Positions 52,264 through 64,000 of a stretch of 64,000 nucleotides of DNA are shown here, one piece after another; the stretch's first letter is position 1; every line of letters begins with the position of its first letter. Below the pieces are notes generated by a model. The model was not told the DNA's origin. It did no database searches and worked only from the letters and a program-made list of their open reading frames with translations. Position numbers and translations under genes: made by a program. The DNA comes from Girardia tigrina (lineage: Eukaryota), in assembly GCA_001938485.1 (NCBI GenBank), contig MQRK01188858.1, positions 75,177-139,176 of the forward strand. The letters run 5' to 3'.

Positions 52264-55200
52264 AGAACGCAAAGCTTTATTTTTATAACAATCAACAATT
52301 GTTCAAAAAATGTTCGCCGAGGAGCTTTTCTTTTGTTTTCTTTTTGACCAGATTGATATACGTAAAAATAATGATTTATAAATACTGATATGTTATTTAT
52401 TAAAAATGTTAGTTTTACGAATTGAATTTTTTTTAATTACAATAATTTTGCAGAATTACATTTCAATATTTTATCTGATTTAGTTTAAAAACAAACTTCA
52501 ACACTTACATAATTATTTTACTACAAATTTATAATTCGCAATATCTCAAATTTATTCACATTTTAAATTATCATTATCATGCTAATTTTACCAATCTATT
52601 TTTTTAAAATGTTTTTAATGAGTATTTATATAATTTAAACTTCCTGGATTTTTTTCATTTGGATCTAATTCCTAAACTTGAATTAATTCAATTTGAATTT
52701 ATTAAACTTGAACTTCGAAATGTGTCACAGTTATTTAAATAATATTTAATATCGAATATATTCTGATTACCATAATTTATGTTTTAAACCATTTTAATTT
52801 CAATTTTAAAACTTAAAAATTTATATAATTATGTTTGAAAATAGTGTTTCCACGTAATTTTATTTCACATTAATTCCTATAATCATTTAATTGTACTTAG
52901 TATTTTTAATTCAGTTAATTTTATAAAATAGCTTTAATTATACTTTTTGTTTTGTATTCGATTATTAGTTGCTCCTATTTATATGAATAAATCTGAATTT
53001 TAAATAGTTGTAAATTCTTGAAATTTAAAATAAATATTATAAAGTTTTTATACATAATTTTTAATTATTTTAATATATTTTTTATTAAAAATTTATAATT
53101 AAGTTTACAAAAAATGTGATCATAAAACTATAAATTTCTTTCTATTTTTTTAAATTTTGCTGATTAAAAAGTTTCACTTAAAATTAAAAAAAATGTTTTA
53201 ACAATTTCTAAAATATTTAATAGTTTTACATAATTAAATTAATAATTTACTTAATTGGACAATTTATAATTAATTTAATTAATAATCCATAAACCACTTA
53301 AATAATAATTCGTAATTCACTTAAGGTTTTTGTCAGTATTGATTTCCTATTTTAAATTAACTTCAAAATTTAACAGCGATTATTAATTGATAATTAATTT
53401 AATTCAAAATTCACTGAATTACGTTTTTAGAAAATTTTAGATAATTAGTTTCTGTGAATTAATACGTAATGAAATTAACATATTTCAAAATATTTGAGAT
53501 TTATGGTAACTGCCACATAGTGTAGTAAAAAAAGTCGATTAGCATTTCTAGTTTTCAAATTATATATATTTTTGAAAAGCGCTGTTTTTGGAATCGCTGT
53601 TTTGGTGTATAACCTTGGTGTATAACCGACCTCATGGTGGTTGGTTGCCAAGCTGGTTGCCAAAAAGAAGATTCATTTTATTCTTACAACTTAACCAAGA
53701 ACAAATGTTCACTGATTAAAACAAAAAATAGACTTGAGAAAAGTTCAGATATGCTCAAGTTAGCCGTAACTCCGAGTTGGTAATGTATTCTGTTTTCCGT
53801 TGAAAAATTATTGTCCATTGAGCAAAGCTACAATAGAAAATGATGTAATTTGAATAAAAAACTCTCTCAATAAAGATTGCATTGACATGGGAGGGAATTT
53901 TCCAAACTTTCGAAATTCTTTTTTTTTCATTGATTCTTTGGTAAATATTAATATTCAAAGAATATTTTCATATTTAAGTCTAGAATTATATAATCAAATA
54001 TGATCACGATGAGCTGAGTAAACTGTAATTATCTTTCAAATATAAACTTTAAAATGTTATTGAAATAATCCACAAGTTAAAAAAAATCTCCAATATAAGT
54101 AAAAATATCTAAAAAAAGCTGAATTTTTAATTTATTAGCATTGAATTAATCTTTTGACAGAACATTATTTATAGTTTTCAGATTTAAATATAAAATAAAT
54201 ATTTTTTTGCAAAATTAGTTTCACCTTTTAATCAGACTGAGAATGAACGCTGCAAAAGGGATATATTTACCATTAAGAAACCTTAGAACTATTATTATTA
54301 TGATAATGATAAAAAAATATTTTCATTGAAAAAAATGTAACAAATATAATTTACATGAAAAATAATATTATAATTAAATGATAAAATAATATTGAGAATT
54401 TATTTTTATATACAAAAGTGCATCTATAATTTCTTAGTTCATGATAAATGCAATAAATTAAAGTATTATTTTTGTTTTTATACAATAACTGATCAGTTAT
54501 TTTATTAATAATAAATAACAAAGTAATAAGATATGTGGTTATTTATATTTGCAAGAATAAATTATTATATGTATTATATAACATAAATAAATAAGAAGAA
54601 ACAATTAAAAATGGTACAAATGAAGATAAAAAGAATGTGTAAAAAGTACCTCTTTATCATCAATATAGACAGAGACAAAATGAGTACGTATTTCATTCAG
54701 TAAACTCTCATTTACTCCCCTTTAACTGGAATACTAAGGTGGTAGGGAAATTTAATACAGCTTCACCAAGAGAAATAAGATTTTCATAAATGGCTCTAGC
54801 CTCCTTTCATCATTTCCTTGCTTTCAACAGGAAAGAATAATCATATTTTTCTTGTGAAATCAGTCTTATCTAATTTTCTTGCAATTGTTGATTAGGAAAG
54901 ATGAACAATATAGCTAAATTAACGACTATTCTTTCCTACTGAACAAATTCCTCCATGGAGAATTGCAACGAATTTAGACGTGCGATGAGGAGTGGGTTGT
55001 CTACGATAATTGGACTAACAAAACCAATCAATTTGGTTTCCAGATCACTTTGGGAAACAACCACATTGAATTAATTCGCATTAAAAAAAAGGCGATGTTG
55101 TGCGTTTCTTGGATGACATCAGACCTTTTTTCCCAGAGACTTCCTTCTGCGCAGTTAAACCATCACTTATAAATTTTACTGCACCCAATTAGACCTCATT

Positions 55201-56297
55201 CTTCCTCATTCTGATGTAGCACATTCAGAAACTTCATTTATTATGTCCAATGATATGTGCTTCATGACAAGAAATTTTAGATATTCCTCAGGCTGGCGTA
55301 TGTACACTTAATTCTAATAATGACTTTTCAACTGACAAGGTAAACGTAAATATTTTTGAATCAAATGATCACAATAAAAATACATTGGTTCGCGGAAGTT
55401 TGCATAACGCAACCAACACCATACAAGCAGAGGAAGAAAATCAATTTAAAAAAGAAATAAACAATACCAGTGTTAGGGACAAAGTAGGCACCGTTAGTGG
55501 AAACGAAGAATCAAATAAAAACATTTATGCCGATCTTTTGGCATTAGTTAGAAATAACATAAGCTATTCTTTTGAGGGCCGATATAAAATCATTGACCAA
55601 CAGAAGCATTCTTTCGACTTAAACATAAGGGGTACAAACACTTTAGTAAACCAGAAAAGAATAAGATTCTGGTCAGAGAAATCACTAGACGAATTGGAGC
55701 TACTTTATATCAATAACAAGTTACTAGAGAATATAAAAAGAAAATTCGATCATTAACAAGCAGAAAACAACAGACAGTTATTAAAAATCCAACGTTCCAC
55801 TTTTTAATAGGGGAGCTAATATCGTGATCTACATTGAAGTGGGTTAAACATATATAACATTTAATTATATATTTTAATATATATATATATATATATAATA
55901 TATATATATATAATATGTTGTGATAATTAAATTGACATCGATTGAATAATTAATAAAAAATTTAGTTTGTTGATAAAATAAATTTCTTAAATTTTCTTTT
56001 GGAATTATTTCTTTTAACTAAAGACAATCTATCGTCTTTAATAGTGCCAAAAAATTATTGACTACAAATATCGAAAATGATATCAACTCAACTAACATAC
56101 ACAATGCTACAATGTCAACCATCAACAACTTTTGTCGAAAGTAGTTTTTCAATGCTGAATATTCTTACAAATGAAAGAAATTTCATAAAAGAAAATATTA
56201 AAGAATTTATTATTATTATTATAAATACGATGATCAATTATAATTAATAATTTTGTTTTCTGTTTCTTATTTGATTTGTCTAAAATTTGTATGATTG

Positions 56298-57135
56298 TTG
56301 GGTTCGTGATTGTTGTCTAATGAAAATTAAGAACAAGACATTTTTGAAATTATTATTTATAACAACAATAAACATATTATTTAAACAAGATTTTGCCTAA
56401 GTAAATTTCTGAGGAACAATTTTTTAATTTTCTGGCACAAAACAATAATATCAATATAATTGTAAATATAAATATATGTAAATTTATTTTTTTCAAAATT
56501 TTGTATTCTATTTGTTTTCTAAGACTGTTTTTCAAATTTAGAACTATTTAACTTATAAAAATAAATTATTTTCTATATTAAGTGTGTATTTAGTTTAAAT
56601 AAATATTTTTTTAAATATTGTATTATCTTTTGAATAAAAATTTTATTAAACTTCGTTAAAATTTAATATTTATTGTGATATTTAGATTTTTTTCATATTG
56701 TATTTACTTCTTAAAATGTATTAAATTCGGTTGAAATATTTTTAAGATCTTATATTTAATTTGTTTTCAAATCTATTTTATTTACTAATATTATTATTTT
56801 AAATTTAATTCATTTTTTAAATCTATTTAATCACAATTTTCTATACTTTCAATTTTATCTCAAACATTTATTTTTAATTATTATTAATATTGTAACATAA
56901 AACAATAGGTATTGCCTATATGCAATTCGTCTATACGCAATTATTGCATATATGCAACTTTTCCTGAAACATATAGACGAATTGCATACTGTAAAGATTT
57001 GCGTATATGCATTTTTTGAGGCACCAAGCGACTTGCATATAGACAATATCTACAGTACCATATTTTATCGCCTTCACTTATTTTACAATAAATTTCTATT
57101 TTACTTTTATAATTTAAAATTAATTTAAAATGTTT
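56298..57135. repeat. Left copy of a long diverged inverted repeat (partner 60660-61455)
   Basis: Shared blocks such as ttgcctaagtaaatttctgagg / cctcagaaatttacttaggcaa and ttttattaaacttcgttaaaatttaata / tattaaattttaacgaagtttaataaaa. Confidence 0.8.
56908..57050. mobile_element. Small MITE with repeated tatatgcaatt motifs
   Basis: TIR ggtattgcctatatgcaa / ttgcatatagacaatatc; absent from the inverted partner copy. Confidence 0.65.
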
Positions 57136-57849
57136 TTTATCTTTAATTCAAAAATGTAAAAGTCTACCAAAACCCTCACAATGATTGTTTAAAAATGAAA
57201 GAAAAAGATAGAAGTCAGTTTTTTATTGACAATATATAAATTATTCAAGTTGACTTAAAAAGTGAACAAAATTTGATTTAGTTATGTTATTAAAAGCCTT
57301 AAAAAGCCTTAAACATATTTTTCATTTGCTGGTATAATGACATTGTAATGTAGACTTAAAATGATAACGCTAGAAACAAAGTTTTTCGAAGGGGTTTATT
57401 ATACAGACTAGAGTGTAGGTTTGTCCGAAAATATACTCAGAAGAAAAGACCTATTCAAAGTGTGTGGAAAAGTGAGAAGATAATTGTCAAATCTTCTTTC
57501 GTAAGTTCTGTTCTACACCTAGGTAATTTTGATAGTGAGCTATGTACCTATCATTTGATTTGTAGCAAAGAATTTGTGTTTGGATTGCAATTATTTTTTA
57601 TGTTTTATTATTGTTATTTTTATTCTTTTTATTATGTCATTAAATTTTAATGATTGAATTTTAATTATAATATGAAATTTATACTATGAACTATAATTAC
57701 AGACCAAGTTCAATAAATGTTCATATGTGTACATACAGTATTTAACATACAGTGAATCAATATGTCGCAAATTATGTCATTTTTTTCATTCATCCTTTTG
57801 AGTTCCGTAGTATATTCATTAGGACCCGCAGATTATTGACCTAGAATTT

Positions 57850-58480
57850 TGATAAATTGACTTTTAAACATTAAAATTTTAAGAGTGTCTCTTTCATTTT
57901 TAGTTCTGAAATTATTTAGTCCTCATCAATGACACTCACCAAATTACTTGCAAACATTAAATTGTTTGACTTTAAAGATAGTAAACTATGTTATTTGAAT
58001 TTATTGTTCTCTTATAAATTATTCTTTGTTACAAAAATATTCCAAATGCAGATTCAAAATCATTAACTGTTGTACAAACGTCCAAATAGTCTATTCAATC
58101 AAATTTTTCACGTTAGCAAAGCACCTCAACGGATAAACATTAAGGCTTCAGCCCATGAGAAACGTTTGAAATAACTTTGAAGTATTGTTTAATGAAAGCA
58201 TCCAGAGATTTCAGTCTTTTTCAAAAACTGGTTTAACTAAACGAAGTCGGTTTAGCATATCTAATAAGATATTCTAGTTGATTTTAAAATTCAAAATGAG
58301 GTTGTGCTCCCTGAAAGTGACCGAGATTACATGTATTTCTAACATATCATGTTTTAAAGAAGGGTGTCTGAACATTATCAGAATGCTTCTAACTTTCTAA
58401 TTAACTTCCCAATTTTTTTCAGAGAACTACGTAGAATCACCAAACGAGTTTCAGATATATGTGAACACCGTCATTAACAC
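57850..58480 (+). mobile_element. Very decayed LINE reverse transcriptase fragment
   Basis: Traces of ..SPHQ..SC.T.L.., FQ.A.DS..LLYK motifs in broken frames. Confidence 0.3.
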
Positions 58481-59533
58481 TATTCTAGTCAAATCCCGAT
58501 GTTTCTTTACCTTATTGTTAAATCATCAGACTTAAATCGCTGATTAAAATGTTTTAATATTATTATATTTTGTTTTTATATCATTAAATTATTTAATTAA
58601 TTCTTTCAACAAATTTTTATTTTTAAAAATTGATTTATTATTATTTTAAGGACAAAAATATCAAAACGGTAAAATTCCAGAAATTAAAGCTTATTTAATC
58701 AGTTAAAATAATATATTAAATTAATTTTTTTCACAAAAAAATGTTTAAAATTTCATTTACAAATTATAACTTTTCGCTTTAATAAACTCGCTTAAAATAT
58801 ACTTCTAAAAAAAATAAATAAATAATTGTATAACATTATAAAAATTTCAATAATTCTTTAAATGTTTAATCATTTAACGTTTAACATTTCAATTAATATT
58901 TTCATTAAAGGTATATTTTATCAAAATGGAAAAATAATAAATATTATTTATATTTTTATGAACAGAAATGGGAATTCTATTAACGTACAAGAAACTGTTT
59001 CAATCAATTTTCTTCTTTCAAAAATTCTTTTTATCATGAAGAAAGTGATGGAAGAAAAGCGTTTTGTTGTGAAAGACATTTTAACCTTCTGCTGTGTATT
59101 CTCTATGTGAATTAATGGAAAGATAAACTCACTCAAAATAGAAAATTTGCTAAAGAAAATAGATTTATTCTCGATGTAAATCATTAATGATAATTATACA
59201 TTTTTGATTTCTATTACGTTTATCTTAAAATAATTTTAATTAACAATTTTTGATGCAATCTTTCCTCTTCTAATTTTCATAAATTAAGTGATAATTAAAT
59301 CAAATAATTTAAGAAATGTATGTCGTATTTTCCATCAAGGCAGATTAATTAAAATAATTAAAGGTTTTTGAACTGTAAAGATGACAAAAAAAGCTGAAAA
59401 TGGAATGTAAAATATGTTTCTTTAATAATACTTCCAATTATATTATCTTCAAATAGCAAAACATAATTAATATTGTTAGTTCTTTTATAAAAGAAAATTC
59501 GGTTTTATAATGCAAAAATTATATATATATATA

Positions 59534-60271
59534 NNNNNNNNNNNNNNNNNNNNNNNNNNNNNNNNNNNNNNNNNNNNNNNNNNNNNNNNNNNNNNNNNNN
59601 NNNNNNNNNNNNNNNNNNNNNNNNNNNNNNNNNNNNNNNNNNNNNNNNNNNNNNNNNNNNNNNNNNNNNNNNNNNNNNNNNNNNNNNNNNNNNNNNNNNN
59701 NNNNNNNNNNNNNNNNNNNNNNNNNNNNNNNNNNNNNNNNNNNNNNNNNNNNNNNNNNNNNNNNNNNNNNNNNNNNNNNNNNNNNNNNNNNNNNNNNNNN
59801 NNNNNNNNNNNNNNNNNNNNNNNNNNNNNNNNNNNNNNNNNNNNNNNNNNNNNNNNNNNNNNNNNNNNNNNNNNNNNNNNNNNNNNNNNNNNNNNNNNNN
59901 NNNNNNNNNNNNNNNNNNNNNNNNNNNNNNNNNNNNNNNNNNNNNNNNNNNNNNNNNNNNNNNNNNNNNNNNNNNNNNNNNNNNNNNNNNNNNNNNNNNN
60001 NNNNNNNNNNNNNNNNNNNNNNNNNNNNNNNNNNNNNNNNNNNNNNNNNNNNNNNNNNNNNNNNNNNNNNNNNNNNNNNNNNNNNNNNNNNNNNNNNNNN
60101 NNNNNNNNNNNNNNNNNNNNNNNNNNNNNNNNNNNNNNNNNNNNNNNNNNNNNNNNNNNNNNNNNNNNNNNNNNNNNNNNNNNNNNNNNNNNNNNNNNNN
60201 NNNNNNNNNNNNNNNNNNNNNNNNNNNNNNNNNNNNNNNNNNNNNNNNNNNNNNNNNNNNNNNNNNNNNNN
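59534..60271. other. Assembly gap (others at 46593-46698 and 46929-46978)
   Basis: Runs of N. Confidence 1.
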
Positions 60272-60460
60272 CATGCTTAAATGTTCAAAGTGAATTATCC
60301 AATCATATTAAAATCTTTTAATATTAAAAAAAAAAAAAAATTAATTGCGTAATAGTCAATGTGCCATATAAATGACTTGTAATTTGAAATCTTCTTCACA
60401 ACTGATGATGCCGTAATGGCGAAACATGTTTTGGGAAATAAAAAACTTTTAAAATGGCGT

Positions 60461-60490
<30 letters not shown>
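60272..60490 (+). mobile_element. 3' end of a second Penelope-like element of the same family (5' part lost in the assembly gap)
   Basis: Translates CLNVQSELSNHIKIF*, matching CLNVQSDLSNHIRVLM* of the 1872 ORF. Same downstream order: hammerhead, AATAAA, ttaaaatg.c.tta, (TA)n. A TA tract also precedes the gap at 59520. Confidence 0.85.
60395..60437 (+). ncRNA. Minimal type I hammerhead ribozyme with intact catalytic core
   Basis: ttcacaa-CTGATGA-t-gcc(gtaat)ggc-GAAAC-at-GTT-ttgggaa. Stem I pairs 6/7, stem II is 3 bp, stem III is the palindrome AACATGTT, cleavage triplet is GUU. Confidence 0.85.
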
Positions 60491-60494
<4 letters not shown>

Positions 60495-60659
60495 TCAGAT
60501 CAATCAGCCCCATATAAACTCACGCACGAATTAAAAAAAAGATTTTTCCCATAAAAATTGGATTAAAAAGAATTTATTTTTTTTCTTAAAAAATAAGCTA
60601 AAATATTCGAAACACTATCAATTCCATTCGCGCAAACTGCGAGGATTTTAAAAGTCTCA

Positions 60660-61455
60660 TTTAACATTTTAAATTAATATTAAACTATAAAATTAAAAAA
60701 ATAGAAATTGAATTTAAAATACGTGAAGACGATTAAGTTTCAATATTAATAATATCTAAAAATAAATGTTTAAGATAAAATTTTTAATAATGAAACTTGT
60801 AATTAAATAGATTTAAAACAAAAGGAATTAAATTTAAAATAATAAAATTAGTAAATAAAATAGATTTAAAAACGAATTAAATATAGTTTAACATAATTTA
60901 TTAAACTTAAAAAAGTAAATTAAATATGAAAAAACTAAATATTATAATAAATATTAAATTTTAACGAAGTTTAATAAAATGTTTATACAAAAGAAAATAC
61001 AATATTTACTACTTATAATTTATAAGTAGATCCTTTTGAATTAAGATTGTTGAGGAACTCCGACGGAACCGAGTTTTCCTCATTCTGATACCTTAAAAAG
61101 TTTTTTTGATCAAATTTTCACATAATCATTTATTATCATCGAAAATGACTGAGTAACAGGCCTTCAAATATATATTTCTAAATTGCACTGATACATACAT
61201 ACCTATACACCTAGAAGGTAAGCTAATACAAAGAATAGAATTAAATACAATACAAAATTTCAAAAATAATTAATTCACATACATATATTTACAATTATTT
61301 AATATTATTGGTTTGTGCAAGAAAAATTAAAAATCATTCCTCAGAAATTTACTTAGGCAAAGATTGTTTAAATAATATGTTTATTGTTGTTATTAAATAA
61401 AAGTTTGAAAAATGTCTTTTTCTGAATTTTCACTTGAACACAACCTCGAACCTAA
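60660..61455. repeat. Right copy of a long diverged inverted repeat
   Basis: Reverse complement of 56298-57135, with a private insertion at about 61030-61240. Confidence 0.8.
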
Positions 61456-63389
61456 TACAAACTATTGGCGGCTATCAAATTGACATTTGAAAAAACGATA
61501 TATTGACTCTATCATTCCATACTTTTTGTATATACCTTCTCTTTTGATCATTTATCAGTGTTTTCAAAAATCCTGTTTCATTTAGGAACTGTATCACAAA
61601 AGTCTGATCAATCCAGTTTTTGGTTACTGTTGAAATTATTTTCTAAAATAAGTTAATCATTTCAAAAGTGAATATTAAGTCTATACGTAACAGACGCAGT
61701 TTGCTGAAAATGCTTTGCATCGCCACTAATATTCAATGACAAACCCTATCTTCTTCCAATTATCAAAGAAAATTTTTAATGGAAAGTTTATTACTCTAAA
61801 ATTCTTATATTCTAAATACCGTCTTGACTTTCTAGAATCTAATTCTCAAAGGTAACTCAGATGGGTTTTCATAGGAATAAAATTAAGCAGTCTTAATGAA
61901 TACTTATTCTACTATGTTTTATTTTTCAATGAAATTCTCATTCATATCTGCAAAATATATCCAGATTTCCTTTATGGGTTTGAATTTTATTTCGATGAGA
62001 TCCGAATTCTTCTTCAAGAGAAAACTTCCACTAATTTCCTACAGATCTCCTTTTAATTTGAATCTTTGATCATATAAATGTGTTTTAGAATAATTTAACA
62101 TCCACAGTTTTCTGGGTTCAATATTTGAGTTCGTATATCAGTACGAATCCTATTTTTATAACTTATGTCGAAGTTCCCCGACTTCTTTAACTAGGAGGAT
62201 TTAGTATTCAGAATAGATGATTTCTCTCCTACTTTTGAATCCAAAATAGAATACTCAAAATTGCCCATATTTGATTCTTACTCATACAAAGAACCTATTC
62301 TTTTAATTTTTAATCAAACAGGGAATATAGAGACTTCATTGCGTCTCAAATTTAGGTGCAACATTTGCAATTAAAGTAGCAGATCAAATCTATTCGTATA
62401 GTTGTAGATTGTTTTTGAATGTTGTTTGTTTTTGTCTATCATTTCCATCAAAAGGACTGTAGGGATAATTCGTAGGCATGTTTGAGGGGAAAATCTGGTA
62501 GATTCGAAAAACAACACGACGCCTCTTTCATGTCACATGGTTCCTTTTACAATCTTTTCATCTTGGTTGCAACATAAAAGCAGTCAAAATTTAGACAGAA
62601 AGACATCGCTATTTATATTTATTAGCTTTTGACACTTTTGGATTTATTATTATCAAAAAGTTTGAGTGCGACAAATCTTACTATTTCCGTATTTTCCAAG
62701 CTATTTCAGATGACATGGTTCACATTGAAGTGTTTGACTAACCTTACTTTTGTTAAATTTTAATATTTTTCAACAATTGTCAAAATTGCTAAGTCTGGTT
62801 TAAACTTCTTCAACTTAGCTTTCGTTGATTGTCCTTCTCCAGAAGGTTTCTTGAAATCACGAAATGACCGTGCTGCATTCCAAAATTTCTCGAAATCGTA
62901 GAACATAATATAATGAATATGGATATGATTTTTAATATACACGTTCAGTAACTGAAAATAATAATATTTAGAAAAATAGAAACGTCAATTTTAAAAGAAA
63001 GAAAGGGAAAAAATAAAATATTTTTACACAAAATTAACATGACAATCAGCAGAGGTGTCAAAATTTTTATAATATCTTCTTTCAAATTTTATTGCAAATA
63101 AAAGAGAGCTTCATTTTTGATTTTATAAATAAAATTATTTTTTTGAAATTACATCCTGAAAAAAAGAGAATCTCAGCACTTATAATTTCCATTTTTGTAT
63201 TTAATCTTTTTTCAGACGACGGATAATAGCATTACTGTTAGACAGTTTTAGTTCTACATTTGATTTAATTAAAATATTAAAAACAATGAAAAATAATTAA
63301 AATTATTAGAAATATTTTCTTCAGCATAAATAAATAATTTTAGTTAATAATATTTTATATATAATATTTATCAATATTAATTAATATTA

Positions 63390-64000
63390 CAGTGTTATTA
63401 CGAAATATAATATGTAAGTTTTTTTATTACAAAATATAAGTGTTTTGATAACGAAATATAAATTGCATGAGTCGTGAAAATTTTTTATCAACTGATCTTA
63501 TATCAATTTAAATTAAGAATCAAATTTTAAAATTTAATAAATAAATGTCTGCTTTGAGATTCCAATAATCAAAAACTCTCTCATCCTATTAAACATAGGT
63601 GCTAGTGATAGTCTTTCACCGACCATCACTCAACCGATATATTTCTATCCATATATATTTATATATGACTTCAGCTTGAGTAGTAGGTCTTGTCTTAATT
63701 GCTTTATAATAAGCCTTTACTGAACTAAAAAAAATCTTCAATGGGATTCAACTGGGGTGAATAAGGTGGAAGGAATTTAAATGTAATGTTTTTGTCATTC
63801 AGAAGCCTCAATACATCATTTCTATAATGAAACCTACAATTGTTCATCACTAATATCCAGTCCCTATGCTCCTCGAAACAGGGAAAAATCTTCTGCGTAA
63901 TGAAATCTTTGAATTTATCGTCTTTATATGTATTTGCAATGATCTCAAATCCAATTACTCCATTAATATCGATTGCGCACATGAGGCTTTCATTAAGTCC
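63390..64000 (-). mobile_element. IS630/Tc1-like (DD34E) transposase 3' part, continuing beyond the window
   Basis: ILVMNNCRFH...FKFLPPYSPQLNPIEDFF; candidate TIR ta|cagtgttattacgaaatataa at 63390. Confidence 0.85.

Noticed and set aside
58490-58535. Minus-strand CTGATGA...GAAAC hammerhead candidate
   Set aside because: No NUH triplet or stem I/III pairing downstream; the candidate at about 41370 fails the same way.
59510-60280. Long ORFs of 256 and 251 aa (and 46588-46842)
   Set aside because: Artefacts of N-runs.
61500-62950. Slightly GC-richer decayed coding-like region
   Set aside because: I could not recover any diagnostic motif; probably an old transposon relic and not callable.

Overview
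Very AT-rich eukaryotic (metazoan) DNA with short 45-60 nt introns next to very large ones, (TA)n microsatellites and three assembly gaps. It may be from an invertebrate such as a triclad flatworm, but I cannot prove the taxon. The left half (about 2.3-34.3 kb, + strand) holds the 3' portion of a Par-3/Bazooka (PARD3) gene: a PDZ3 exon, an aPKC-binding CR3 exon, a 14-3-3-site exon and C-terminal exons, with introns packed with decayed transposons. To its right are an intron-containing HSP70 pseudogene (-), a small RING/Deltex-like gene whose first exon is only ATG (-), a full-length dead mariner, a nearly complete frameshifted Gypsy LTR retrotransposon, and many Tc1/mariner, hAT, MULE, piggyBac and pogo relics and MITEs. 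The most interesting unexplained signals are: (i) Penelope-like elements in TA microsatellites that carry minimal type I hammerhead ribozymes with a GUU cleavage site, one with an intact core (60.4 kb) and one sense-oriented in the Par-3 intron with the classic G5A inactivating change; (ii) a TSD-flanked, highly structured 340-bp SINE-like insert with partial HDV-ribozyme-like features; (iii) an orphan ORF pair nested antisense in a Par-3 intron; (iv) possible alternative last exons of Par-3. All family assignments come from motif recognition by eye; no database search was run.
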